Source of the DNA: Macrostomum lignano
Lineage: Eukaryota
Direction: 5' to 3'
DNA length: 64,000 bases
NCBI GenBank assembly: GCA_002269645.1
Contig: NIVC01001598.1
Span: 115,692 to 179,691, forward strand
Shown here: piece after piece, positions 23,301 to 36,025 of the stretch
Position numbering within the stretch: position 1 is the first letter of the stretch
Layout: every line of letters begins with the position of its first letter
Notes under the pieces: generated by a model
What the model was told of the DNA's origin: nothing
The model's database searches: none
The model's input: the letters and a program-made list of their open reading frames with translations, nothing else
Position numbers and translations under genes: made by a program

Positions 23301-24997
23301 GTGGCAGCCACTGAGGAATAGTGGGTGGCGGCCACTGAGGAATGGGGATGGGGTGGCGGCCACTGAGGAATGGGGGTAGCAGCCACTGAGGAATAGTGGG
23401 TGGCGGCCACTGAGGAATGGGGGTGGCAGCCACTGAGGAATAGTGGGTGGCGGCCACTGAGGAATGGGGGTGGCAGCCACTGAGGAATAGTGGGTGGCGG
23501 CCACTGAGGAATGGGTGGCAGCCACTGAGGAATAGTGGGTGGCGGCCACTGAGGAATGGGGGTGGTGGTGGCCACTGAGGATGGGGTGTGGGCTCTGAAT
23601 TAATAGTTAGCTGGTGACAGCAAGACACTACAAGGTTAAAAACACCATTAGAACTAGACACAATAAGAGCAAAGTGATGAAATACTACCGTGAAGTTTTA
23701 CAAAATCTAATTAATTATGGCAGTTGAAAAATAGATTAAATCAAATCAATAGACGGCTACCAAAGCATTCAAGGTGACAGATAGGAAACCACGAAAGCAT
23801 GCTACTAATTTCCTAGTAACCAAGGCAGGCAGGTTAGAGCCATAGACAACAGATCTGCCTATGCTAACTAAAAAGTAAGGTAAGCTGCGTGACAACACAG
23901 TCTCGAGCACAATGAGCAATCCAACAAGTGACTTTCTTACTCTGCAACTCGATTTTAAGCCGATACGATCTGCTACTTAAGCCGGCGCATCCAGTGCTGG
24001 TAGAATTTCTTCCTCCAAATTCTGCTAAAGACCTATTGTAACACTGCTCTACCACAGACTGCTCCAGACGAATTGTACAAACTGGATTGCCATTCACTAG
24101 CTTAATCTTATCCAGGATTGTCTTTACCATGGAGTCATAGCACTCGGTCAGCTCTCTGGAACGCGGGAGACCCGAACAGTTTAAGGAAAGGATTGTTTGG
24201 GGTACTTTGTCGCTGAGCTTGGAAGCTTAATAATAGATCTGTGAGCCAGCTGAAAGATCTATACTGTAATCTGTAGACTGTAGTAGTCTGTAGCCTGTAC
24301 ATATAGTCTGTAGACTGCACATGTAGTCAGTAGTATGTAGTCTTGAGACTGCACATGTAGTATGTAGACTGCACATGTAGTTTGTAGACTGCACATGTAG
24401 TCTAGACTGCACATGTAGTTTGTAGACTACACGTATAGTCACAGGTAGTCTGTAGACTGTATATGTAGTCACATGTAGTCTGTAGACTGCACATGTAGTC
24501 TGTAGACTGTAGTCTGTAGTCTGTAGACTGAAATCTGTGAATTGCAATCCTTATACTTTATTCTTCAACTAAGAAATGTCTACATGTATGACTGATTATG
24601 GTCATGAATAAGAGTTCATTTTGTCCTTCCAACGGTTGCCAGAGGGCAGCAGCTCAGCGCTAAACCACAAGACTCACTTTTTCTGCAGAGAAGCAATCAG
24701 CTCGGAGCCAAGGATGACGCAATCATTTGAATCGCCTAGGCTGGCATCCCCCGGACTGCAAGCTCCATACTTCACTGGACGGTAACTAATGGACTTAATG
24801 ACCAGCTTCTCGTTGTAGATGGGGCACATTATTGCCTGGTTCTTCCCGGGGCACAAAGAAATCTGGCAGGGCATCTGGTCAGTGCAGAGTCCACCCTCCA
24901 TGTTTAGCCGTGTGGCAGAAGCTGGCTTGACAGTCTGAAGCTGCATCAGTGTCCATAGCAGCAACAAGGAACCGGCCAAGGTGGAAATTTGCCACAT
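10383..24997 (-). CDS. Latrophilin-like adhesion GPCR (signal peptide, SUEL/rhamnose-lectin, S/T stalk, HRM-like, GAIN/GPS, 7TM, PDZ ligand), ~1232 aa
   Basis: Hand-built GT-AG exons with consistent phases: 24997-24678, 21704-21586, 20680-20546, 18403-18189, 15500-14999, 14250-14020, 13646-13108, 12629-12441, 12126-11386, 11090-10383 (3699 nt). Eight-Cys lectin pattern across exons 1-2, GPS CLCRHL|SSFAV, hydrophobic TM segments, C-terminal LTKV. A 45-nt 5'UTR intron is likely at 25049-25005. Some boundaries (13108/12629, 14999, 11386) are less certain. Confidence 0.88.
11205..11355. repeat. ~16 bp intronic minisatellite
   Basis: TCACGAATCTCAACAT-like units in GPCR intron 9. Confidence 0.8.
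12210..12365. repeat. ~11 bp degenerate intronic minisatellite
   Basis: GGTCGGTTTGA-like units in intron 8. Confidence 0.75.
12655..13060. repeat. ~25-30 bp pyrimidine-rich intronic minisatellite
   Basis: CTCGCTGTCTCCCTCTCCTCTCTAC units in intron 7. Confidence 0.88.
13672..14004. repeat. 7 bp (AGATCCC)n intronic repeat
   Basis: Direct reading; intron 6. Confidence 0.93.
14455..14910. repeat. 17 bp intronic minisatellite
   Basis: GGATCTGTGAGCATCTT units in intron 5. Confidence 0.92.
15595..16175. repeat. ~22 bp intronic minisatellite
   Basis: CTAAAGTTACATGATGTACATC units in intron 4. Confidence 0.9.
16438..16493. mobile_element. 56 bp miniature inverted-repeat insertion
   Basis: CATGGAC...GTCCATG ends flanked by AGTCAAT on both sides (16431-16437, 16494-16500). 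Confidence 0.55.
16810..18178. repeat. 22 bp intronic minisatellite (~1.4 kb)
   Basis: CATGGGCTAGATTAGCAATCCA units in intron 4. Confidence 0.95.
18810..19545. repeat. (AGAC)n and derived compound microsatellite; second tract at 20240-20370
   Basis: Direct reading; intron 3. Confidence 0.95.
19555..19800 (+). mobile_element. Probable tRNA-derived SINE
   Basis: A-box-like GCAGCTCAGCGG and B box GGTTCGATTCC (19598-19608), with no complete cloverleaf; the 3' limit is uncertain. Confidence 0.45.
22030..23585. repeat. ~23 bp G-rich intronic minisatellite (~1.5 kb)
   Basis: CCACTGAGGAATGGGGGTGGC(G/A)G units in intron 1. Confidence 0.95.
24270..24530. repeat. Degenerate GTAGACTGCACAT-type minisatellite
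   Basis: Direct reading; intron 1. Confidence 0.8.
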
Positions 24998-27425
24998 CCA
25001 ACTGCTGAAAAAACAGATTGTATCAAGCGAAGGCGATTGATAAACTCACCGTAGCATTAAAAGATGATGAGTATAAAAATATTGATAGTGTAGAAATTTG
25101 AATCATTGGGAGCTATTTGTTGACACCTGCACACTAATTCGATATTCAATAGCCAATTAACTACTATTTAGATTATTGGTAATTCTAAGACTTTTGCTAA
25201 TTCTGAGTCATTTGACACAGTCGTCAGGGCCATTCTCCTAACAGTGCTCTACATATATAATGCCATACAAAAGCTGCTGTGCCAATACAGGAAGGGCCTG
25301 TTGGACTTCTATAAGAAATCCTCTGTGGTGCTCCAGAGAGATGCGTATTCACTTGTGCTTGACTGGGTGCTGCAGACTGCTCTTCCTTCCAATGATGATG
25401 GCTTCCTGCTATGGCAACAGATAGGTGGACATCAACCAAAGAGGAGGCACAGCCTAGTAACAATGAAACAAGCTGGTAGCTATTCTAGCAAGTGTTGGCC
25501 CATTGTCCAACATGTAGACTACCATTTTGCTTTGTGTGCTATATAGCATTGAGGCTACCATTTTAAGCCAAAGACAATGGACAGACAGGCAAAAGAACTT
25601 TCCATGTCAGCAGTTTCTCTACCTTGGTGGTGTGGCTCTTGATGTCTATGAGGATCCATGATATTGCCATAGGCTTGCATGAATTGCTTTGTGTTCTTTG
25701 AGGGCAATCCTATAGTCTAAGGCCCTGCTTGACTACCAGAGGGCAGCATTGTTCCAGGAGGTTGGTCAAGACCACCCTAAGATTAGGACCTGATAGACTT
25801 GCTCAAACAAGTTTTCGATGTATCACTATATTCTTGTGCATTGGCTTATATTTTTTATTTTTAGAAACTATTTTATTATTAATAAAAATAAAAACTACAG
25901 TTCATCCCATATTCATTATATAGTTAAGTTCTATTGCTTTAATATACATTTATAAAATTTGAATGTTTAAATATAGAATTTGTCTACAAATCCAAGAGAT
26001 ATCTTTGCTTTTATATATATATATTCTTTTTAATTCCAATAGCAAAAATTTTATTTTGGCTTAAAATAATCCTATAGAATTTAGATATATTTTAGAAACC
26101 TATTAATTTAATAGCTATGTCTGAGTATGCTTAATGAATAAGTGATAATGGTATGTTTAAGCAAATAGATATAGTTCTTTAATTTATAGGCTTGTTTATC
26201 AAAGTCTTTTGGTAGATTTAAAATATTAATCTATTGGAAAAACTAGGTTTTTAATTTAAACTTAAAAAAAGAGCTTTTATCACATTGCAAGTTTAGGTAT
26301 CTAGCTCATTTTAGAAAATGCACTGAGTTAGAATTTCAAAATAATTTTAGTTCAAGCTCTACAAGTAGTTAAATATTACTAATAAAAGATAATGCAACAG
26401 TTGTGCAACTATTATAATAAGCCTAATTGTGTAAATTTCAGTCATAGCAACATAACCGCAACATGCAATATTTTTTAACTTCAAACTTCAATGGCATCAA
26501 TTACAGCAGCATTGGTAGCGATAGAGTAGTGAAGTGAACTCTCTTGGCTTATCAAAATTGTTATATTAATAGAATAGGCAAGTAAGTTATATTATTATAT
26601 TTATAATATAATAAAAATTATTTTGCCAATTTACAAAGAAAATAATATCAAGCATATGCAATCGCGATCTTAATTTTTGCACGCAGATTAATGGCTGGGC
26701 AAGCAGCTGGGGCTTTTGTATGACTTCTTGGAAATTTCAAATGTATGTTAAATTATCGCGATATTTCACAAATCGTTATAAAACGTCAATATTACTGATT
26801 ATAACTGATGGCAAAATTGTACAAAATGTATTTTAGCAAAAGCCCCGACGGGTTTTTTGTTTTTTAGCAATCCTGGACGTTCAGATGCAATAAAATCCTT
26901 GTTTTATTGCTGAATTTAGTATTAATTTCTTCATTCTAAGTAAAAAATTCTATTTTATTTATTTATTCTCTTTCGATAAATTTTCAGAAAATATAATACC
27001 GAACAGTTGATATACACGCGAACGCGAACATCGAGATGACGCAAACGTCGAGACTTAAAATTATCGAGATCAAATCTTCACTTTCGGTAATTGGTGCTAG
27101 GGCCTACATTATTTACGGAACAGAGCTTTTTCGAGCCTTTCGCAGAAAACTGAGCGTAAAAATGCCTATGTAGCTCGTACTGTAAAAGTCGTACACGCAT
27201 TCACTCGAAAAGCTTTTAGCACTGTACACAAACAGTTTCAAGGGGGGGTCTAAATGATTAATGCGGGATGAAGAGGCAGACAGATAGAAAAATCAAGTTG
27301 CAAATATTGCAAAGTCAGTAGAGAGTACATGATATTGGCTATATCATGTACATGTAAATGCATCCCAGTTTAGACAAAACCCATGCAGTTTTGTTTGTAG
27401 AAATTTTTACGTGAAAAGAAAATGT

Positions 27426-27654
27426 GGCTCGTTCAAGCCGTAATCAAAGGAGACAAAAACTTGCATGATCACACAACTTTGTGACACCCCCTGCAGGCGG
27501 TGCCCTCAGGCTGGCGCCCACGGTCTGGTGCCCCTTTGCCCTGCTACTCAAACGAAATGCCACACCCCATGAAAAGAACCTTCGGACAATAAAAATCCAG
27601 CAGCTACGTCCTTTTACAGTTCGATAGCTCATCTGATTGCGGTGTGAATGAGCC
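27426..27654. mobile_element. Old MITE-like element with imperfect 21 bp inverted ends
   Basis: GGCTCGTTCAAGCCGTAATCA vs the reverse complement of the right end GGCTCATTCACACCGCAATCA (17/21 match); no clear TSD. Confidence 0.4.
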
Positions 27655-27730
27655 CTAAATAATGGAGTATATAGTCAATTGCAAGTCGCTCAACCGCGAT
27701 TCTCTGACGCCCGCGAGATGACTAATCAGA

Positions 27731-29506
27731 TCACCCATCGCTGTCATAGTCGTCCTCCTCCCTGTCAGGCAGGGCGGACGGTGCGTTTGCACTGATGCTG
27801 GGATCGGCGATCCAAGGATGGCGCAGCATCTCCTTAAGGCTGGGCCGCCTGTTGGGCTCTATTTGCAGGCAGGCCAGAATCAGCTGGCGGCACTGCCGGC
27901 TCAACAGGCGATCGAACCGCGGACCTGTGACGCCGATCTGGCTTTCCCGCTTGAACGGCACGTCACCGCAGACCATGCTGAATAGCAGGATGCCCAGCGA
28001 CCAGACCTCGGCCGGCTTGCCGCGGTAGCGTTGCCAACGGATCCACTCTGGCGGGCTGTACACCCGGGTGCCTGCGCGGGTTGTTGGCGGAGTTCGACCA
28101 TACAGGTGGGTCATGATGGTGAAAACCACATAGACATTTTCGGTTTGAAAAATCCTAGTTCTTGAGAGCATACACGAAGCTAAATGCTCTAGATATACAA
28201 CAAGTATGCGTTCCTGTACTGGGGGCCTCCTGTTCATTTCTAAGACAAATGTAGCGTATAGCGTTAGTTGTTACTGAGGAATTACCAATTCAAGTTAGGG
28301 TAAAGTGTAATATTCCAACCCGCTAATGCTCACCATCGAAGTCGGTGTACGGCCCCTCCTTCAGAATGGCGCCGGAGCCGAAGTCAATGAGCTTCAAACT
28401 TTTATTCCGGAAATCGATCAGCAAATTCTCTTCTTTGACGTCCCTGTGCAGGACGCCAACCTTGTGACAGGCGAGTAGCGTCTCAATCAGCTGTTTCATG
28501 AAGCTCCGGGCCTCGAACTCCAACAGAAATCCCCTGTGCGAAACCAATTTAAACAGTTCCACGCCCTTTTCCAGTTTCGGCATCACGATGGCCCACCTAG
28601 TGAGGCCTTCGTGGAAGCTGATGGGCTGCAAAACGCCGCTGATGTATCGGCATTTGTGCAGCAGCAGAAACTCTAGCGGAATTCGGCGACCGTTTGGCTG
28701 GAAGTTTTAAACAAAATATTTGATATGCCAACTTGATTTTTCTACTGACAAAAAGTCTTCATAGGACGTAAGAGCCAATTTCGTCAAATTACAAAACATC
28801 GACTTTACGGTAAATGGAATGGTTCAATTCAATAATAGTAATAATTGATTAAAATCTGCCCAAATTGGGCCAGTTGTGCAACCGACAGCTCAGCCGCAGC
28901 TATTCTGCGGCGCATCAGAAGTCTACGTACGGCTGTTCTGTCAGTGTTCAGCGAATGCTGGCACCCATTTTGCAGCTGGGTGAACTGAAGCAATGCAGAG
29001 TTAAGTGTCTTGCTCAAGGACACAAATTGTTCCGAGTGGGATCGGGAATCGAACCCCCAGCCTTCGCTCTGACCACTAGGCTGCAACCCCTGTATTTTTG
29101 CCATCCAATGAAAGTGTCAACTTTTGACTAAGTCAGTTGCGACATTTTGCTAAATAGTTCTCCATAAAAATTGGTGCAACTGCGTTTGTTGACCCACCAA
29201 CTCGTGCCAGGCGTCCTCGGACAGATTCTCCTTCGAAATAAACTTGATGGCCACCCGAGTGCCGTCCGACCGCCTGATCGCCAGGAAGACCCGGCCGAAG
29301 CCGCCGCTGCCCAGTTGCCGATCAATCTGGTATTCACGGTGCAGGGCGTCCAGCGGCTCGATTGGGACATCCTTGCTGCCTAGCGGGAAGTTATTGCCTG
29401 GAACAGAATAGGCATCAGAGTTACAAAATTTCGCCAAGGACGTCTGAATCTATGAATCTCTAAACAGTGAATCGAGAAAACCTCTCTCGAACTCCATGGC
29501 ATGCAT
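27731..29506 (-). CDS. pim: Pim-family Ser/Thr kinase, copy A (~309 aa)
   Basis: Exons 29506-29482 (weak donor, tentative), 29397-29198, 28697-28334, 28071-27731. Motifs [47 protein letters not shown] match Pim kinases. Confidence 0.9.
28832..29091 (-). mobile_element. tRNA-derived CORE-like SINE in Pim A intron
   Basis: A box (GCAGCCTAGTGG) and B box (GGTTCGATTCC), then TGTGTCCTTGAGCAAGACACTTAAC..CTTCAGTTCACCCAGCTGCAAAATGGG resembling the CORE domain, and an (ATT)-like tail. Confidence 0.7.
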
Positions 29507-29759
29507 TTCGCCATTGAGTCAATCTGCATCGAAGTATCGCACCGTTTTCAGAAGTCGGACTACTACTGTTGCTTCTTGAAGGTATGGCCAGCAAGCACGG
29601 CCAGCCCCAAGGTGTTGCGTCGAACGTTGTGCATGTTTTCGACCAGTAGCTGTCAATGTTAAGCGTTGTATTGGTGCTTTTGCCATTGCTGATGGACCTG
29701 TTTCCCGCGTTGGAGGCTGAAAATGTAGTTTAAATTTCCTGTCTTAAATTGGGAAGGCT

Positions 29760-31775
29760 GGAAGTGGACAACTGTGTCTAGAAGTGAACAACCGTGTCTA
29801 GAAGTGGAAAACCGTGTCTAAAAGTTGACAACCGTGTCTAGAAGTGGACAACCGTGTCCAAAAGTGGACAACCGTGTCTAGAAGTGGACAACTGTGTCTA
29901 GAAGTTGACAACCGTGTCTATAAGTGGACAACCGTGTCTAGAAGTTGACAACCGTGTCTATAAGTGGACAACCGTGTCTAGAAGTGGACAACCGTGTCTA
30001 TAAGTGGACAACTGTGTCTAGAAGTTGACAACCGTGTCTATAAGTGGACAACCGTGTCTAGAAGTTGACAACCGTGTCTATAAGTGGACAACCGTGTCTA
30101 GAAGTGGACAACCGTGTCCAAAAGTGGACAACCGTGTCTATAAGTGGACAACTGTGTCTAGAAGTTGACAACCGTGTCTATAAGTGGACAACCGTGTCTA
30201 GAAGTGGACAACCGTGTCCAAAAGTGGACAACCGTGTCTATAAGTGGACAACTGTGTCTAGAAGTTGACAACCGTGTCTATAAGTGGACAACCGTGTCTA
30301 GAAGTTGACAACCGTGTCTATAAGTGGACAACCGTGTCTATAAGTGAACAACCGTGTCTAGAAGTGGACAACCGTGTCCAAAAGTGGACAACCGTGTCTA
30401 TAAGTGGACAACTGTGTCTAGAAGTTGACAACCGTGTCTATAAGTGGACAACCGTGTCTAGAAGTTGACAACCGTGTCTATAAGTGGACAACCGTGTCTA
30501 TAAGTGAACAACCGTGTCTAGAAGTGGACAACCGTGCCCAAAAGTGGACAACCGTGTCTAAAAGTTGACAACCGTGTCTAGAAGTGGACAACCGTGTCTA
30601 GAAGTGGACTACCGTGTCTATAAGTGAACAACCGTGTCTAAAAGTGGACAACCGTGTCTAAAAGTAGACAACCGTGTCCATAAGTGGACAACCGTGTCTA
30701 GAAGTGGACAACCGTGTCTAGAAGTGGACAACCGTGTCAAAAAGTGGACAACCGTGTCTAGAAGTGGACAACCGTGTCTAAAAGTGGACAACCGTGTCTA
30801 GAAGTGGACAACCGTGTCTAGAAGTGGACAACCGTGTCTAGAAGTGGACAACCGTGTCTAGAAGTGGACAACCGTGTCTAAAAGTGGACAACCGTGTCTA
30901 GAAGTGGACAACCGTGTCTAGAAGTGGACAAACGTGTCTAGAAGTAGACAACTGTGTCTAGAAGTGGAAAACCGTGTCTAAAAGTTGACAACCGTGTCTA
31001 GAAGTGGACAACCGTGTCGAAAAGTGGACAACCGTGTCTAGAAGTTGACAACCGTGTCTATAAGTTGACAACCGTGTCTATAAGTGGACAACCGTGTCTA
31101 GAAGTTGACAACCGTGTCTATAAGTGGACAACCGTGTCTAGAAGTTGACAACCGTGTCTATAAGTGGACAACCGTGTCTATAAGTGAACAACCGTGTCTA
31201 GAAGTGGACAACAGTGTCCAAAAGTGGACAATTGTGTCTAAAAGTTGACAACCGTGTCTAGAAGTGGAAAACTGTGTCTAGAAGTGGACAACCGTGTCTA
31301 GAAGTGGACAACCGTGTCTAGAAGTGGACAACCGTGTCTAGAAGAGGACAACCGTGTCCAGAAGTAGGCAACCGTGTCTAAAAGTGGACAACCGTGTCTA
31401 GAAGTGGACAAACGTGTCTAGAAGAGGACAACCGTGTCTAGAAGTGGGCAACCGTGTCTAGAAGTGGATAACCGTGTCTAGAAGTGGATAACCGTGTCTA
31501 GAAGTGAACAACTATGTCTAGAAGTGGACAACCGTGTCTAGAAGTGGACAACTGTGTCTAGAAGTGGACAACCGTGTCTAGAAGTGGACAACTGTGTCTA
31601 GAAGTGGACAACTGTGTCTAGAAGTGAACAACCGTGCCTAAAAGTGGACAACCGTGTCTAGAAGAGGACAATCGTGTCTATAAGTGAAAAACCGTGTCTA
31701 TAAGTTGACAATCGTGTCTTTAAGTGGACAACCGTGTCTAGAAGAGGACAAACGTGTCTATAAGTTGACATCCGT
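29760..31775. repeat. 20 bp minisatellite (~2 kb)
   Basis: GAAGTGGACAACCGTGTCTA head-to-tail units with no spacers. Confidence 0.97.
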
Positions 31776-33442
31776 GTTTAGAAGCAAGGTAGACGAAATT
31801 CACAAGAAATCAACTTACCTCCCAAATCCAGTGCCACTAATCCGGCAAAAGTGCACAAAACTGAAACGATCAAGAAACTGCATTGGGAATTATTTAGTAA
31901 AATTTGACAATCGAAAGGCAGTAAAACAAAATGCTTTCAATTTTCAATATTTAAAAAGTTTTTGCCATAATTACAATACAAGTTGGAAGCAGTATGCATA
32001 GGCCCCTACCTGTGAGAATCTGTGTGCACACTCCTGGCATGTTGCTGTGCTTCTTAGCTGTCAGCCGCGAGCCGGAACTGCGTCGGAAAATTCAGGGCAG
32101 ATTCGGGAATGTCTGGACTGAAATACCCTATTCCTACCGACAGCTGTCCTCTATAGGCAGCTTGCGAAACTGAAACAGCTTAAAAGCGTTGTTTCGGCGT
32201 TAGCAATTAAGCTCAAAATGCGGGGCAGTAAAATTCATAATCAAAGAGTCGGATGACATCTGTTGCCGGCAATAAAAACTGCCTGTCGCCATGGGGTGTC
32301 GCTTTTTTTCGGTCAAAGTTTCTGCTACAACACTGGGACAGTAAAGTGAGCAGTTGAGTAACGAAACTGAAATTTATATGGCTATTGTAAGCCTGCTTAC
32401 TTTTTCAGATTATGTCGTTTGACATTGATTTAGACCGAATCAGGCACTATTAATCACAGTGTCGGCTCTTTCACTGAGCACCTGTCTCCTCCTTCTCCAC
32501 GGACCAGCCCTAGAAGTCCAACTGTCTCAACAATCTTCTCACGAAATAAAAGGGACTGATGTTATTATAGACGTTACTACTGCTAAACTGCCGTGCCTCG
32601 ATTAGATGTAGAAATGCGCCACGAAAATGGCTACATTCGCTTAATATTTCGTCACGCACAGCATCCTGTGTGTTCCTGAGTCATCCTCGTTCCTTCCAGC
32701 TCAACACTCAACAGCTGTCATCGAGGGCATCAGATCAGCAGCGTTCAGCATGCTCGCCTTTGTCCCATCCTGCTAGTGTTGAGGCAGCTCGACTAATGAC
32801 TGCAGCTCAACCTTTTGCCACTTCTTAAGACCATGGCATCCATAGGCCTAAGAAACACAGAAATAAAGGGCGCCCACAAAGATTATCGACGCCCACTAAT
32901 TGGCAAAATATTGGCTCCGTTTAGGGCTACGCCCCATCTCCGCCATCTCCGTCACGCCCAGGGTGCAGAAGCTAACAAAACAGTTTGGTCAAGCAATAAA
33001 CAAGCAAAAGCAAATTTGCAGACAGAGATACTGGCTGAGATAGCACTCTCCCCTCTGCTATTGCCCATGCAGCTGAGCTGAAATGTGAATCTTACAATAA
33101 AAAAACAAGCATATGTGAATTACAAGGCTATTCAACTAGTTGTTTTCAAGGGCCTGTTTATTTTTTTGTTTTTCCCACTTTGATTAGAGGTTAAAAACTT
33201 TTTCATGAGTTGCAGCGCTTAAGCTTGAGGCTATTTGTTCGGGTGGATAATGAATCAAATGGGTACAGGGGTTAGTGAGTACAGCTGTTGACGATCCTTG
33301 GTCATGGGCGCTTATCAACAGACTGCTGCTTTTGTTGCTGGATTGCTGTTGACTTCTAAAGACAGAAATGCTCTACCAGCACAAATTGGTTACTCAGTAT
33401 TAGCAAAAAACACCGATAAATGGTATAGAAAAATCTTGAACT

Positions 33443-33880
33443 CACTGCTCATGCTTAGATCTCACTGCTCATGCTTAGATCTCACTGCTCATGCTTAGAA
33501 CTCACTGCTCATGCTTAGATCTCACTGCTCATGCTTAGATCTCACTGCTCATGCTTAGATCTCACTGCTCATGCTTAGATCTCACTGCTCATGCTTAGAT
33601 CTCACTGCTCATGCTTAGATCCCACTGCTCATGCTTATATCTCACTGCTCATGCTTAGATCTCACTGCTCATGCTTAGATCCCACTGCTCATGCTTAGAA
33701 CTCACTGCTCATGCTTAGAACTCACTGCTCATGCTTAGATCTCACTGCTCATGCTTAGATCCCACTGCTCATGCTTAGATCCCACTGCTCATGCTTAGAT
33801 CCCACTGCTCATGCTTAGATCTCACTGCTCATGCTTAGTACTCACTGCTCATGCTTAGATCTCACTGCTCATGCTTAGAA
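33443..33880. repeat. 20 bp minisatellite
   Basis: CTCACTGCTCATGCTTAGAT units. Confidence 0.95.
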
Positions 33881-34415
33881 CTAACATCCCCAGCTTTACA
33901 TGTTTTTAGAGTCTTTGAGGCCTCAAAGTATGAAGCGTTGTCAAACCGCGTTGCCACCGTTAACAGAGGCCACCGTTCTGGAAGGAAAATTCATTTGATT
34001 GCAAAAAACCATGATAGTTGTTATGATCAGTCATGAGCACAAAGAGCTGCTGCAGTCAACACAGGAAATTAATCATAGTATCACAGGCACACGCATCCAA
34101 TAAAATTCATACAGCTGTACTCAAACTGCAACAATAACTGGGTGGAGCTCTTTCATAATAAAAGCAGCAGAGCCCACTTTCGGTGCAAGTCGTTCTCTAC
34201 AGCAGGAATCAAAGGTTTTTTGTCAGAGTTGCGCTAAGCCTCACATGATGCGGAAAGCAGATCAGGAAAAGAAGCAAAAATCCAAGGCATCTAAACTTCA
34301 TCACGCGCTCAATCTTTCTACTAAATTCCAAAATTATGAAAATCACTTTCTAACAAAGAATAGCCTTTGTGAATGTGACTGTGACAGCTGCCTCTTCAAG
34401 CTCCTCTTTCCTGTG

Positions 34416-34898
<483 letters not shown>

Positions 34899-35754
34899 AT
34901 TTCTGAAAGTCAAACTCACAGAAATTTGACCCTTGTCTGCCACTGCTGCCTCGTAATCGATACAAATTCGCCTCAAGACACTTTATTTGATCTGTCCGTG
35001 CTTCACTTCAGTGCGATGGGCGGGTTCTGTGCTTTGTTTACGATGCATGATTTACAGCAGACTTTCGCAGGCAAAGAACTGCAGTCTTTGATGACAATCT
35101 GATACATGCTTCGCTTCTCACCGCCTCGAGGTCAGACAGTCTGGCTCGGGCAGTGGCAAATTAACAATGCAGCAAATGCACACTTTAGGGCTTGCAGAGC
35201 AGGAACTTCTATAATGCATAGTGACCCCCAGTGTGAGTGAGTTCGGAACATTCAGATGAATTCGATATGCATTTAAGGTCAGGCGATGGACGTCCTGTAT
35301 GCATTCCTAGAATCTTAAGGCGTCCATCGATTCAAACTAATCTGAATTCACTATAGTTGCACAGATCTTCAATTGTGCCGCTGACTTCATAGCAGTGGGG
35401 GTAAAAACTTTTGGAATTGATAAGAATTGTATGGTACTTGCCGCCGAGGGTCAGAGCGGAGGTCGCAAAGGGTTGACGAGGTGCAACTCCGATCAGCTGA
35501 TCCAGTGCGTAAATCCGATCCAACGTCATGCACAGTGCGGCCCTCTTATGCGCGTGGAATTTCCTGTTCCAAAACTGTCCAGGGTGGCAACACAGTTTAA
35601 TTTTGTTTATTCGCTTGAACTGGAATTTCCATAGCAGCGTTCTGCTTTCGGTGGCGATTCCAGGAAATGCCCAGCCAGCTACATGTTCGCTAAGTTAAGA
35701 GCTCTGCACTTGAGTCCATTTTTGTAGGCGTCAGAAATCTGAGATGACTCCTAC

Positions 35755-36025
35755 AGAACCCTAGAGATGGCGTCTCCAGCACCCCAGAGGTGGCGCCTCC
35801 AGCACCCCAGAGGTGGCGCCTCCAGCAACCCTAGAGATGGCGCCTCCAGCACCCCAGAGGTGGCGCCTCCAGCACCCCAGAGGTGGCGCCTCCAGCAACC
35901 CTAGAGATGGCGCCTCCAGCACCCCAGAGGTGGCGCCTCCAGCACCCCAGAGGTGGCGCCTCCAGCAACCCTAGAGATGGCGCCTCCAGCACCCGAGAGG
36001 TGGCGCCTCCAGCACCCCAGAAATG
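35755..36025. repeat. ~21 bp GC-rich minisatellite
   Basis: CACCCCAGAGGTGGCGCCTCCAG-like units. Confidence 0.9.

Noticed and set aside
23941-24230. Cys-containing minus-strand open frame with a GTAAG donor as an extra GPCR exon
   Set aside because: The lectin domain is completed in phase by exon 21704-21586 without it, and its acceptor is weak. An alternative exon cannot be excluded.
28880-28930. Hammerhead-ribozyme-like CTGATGC-stem-TGAG in the SINE (- strand)
   Set aside because: The invariant A9 and GAAA core positions are not matched, and no stems I/III are evident.
29760-31775. Regular 20 bp repeats (also 33443-33880, 16810-18178, 45345-46280) resembling CRISPR arrays
   Set aside because: Head-to-tail units with no unique spacers, no cas genes, and a eukaryotic context.
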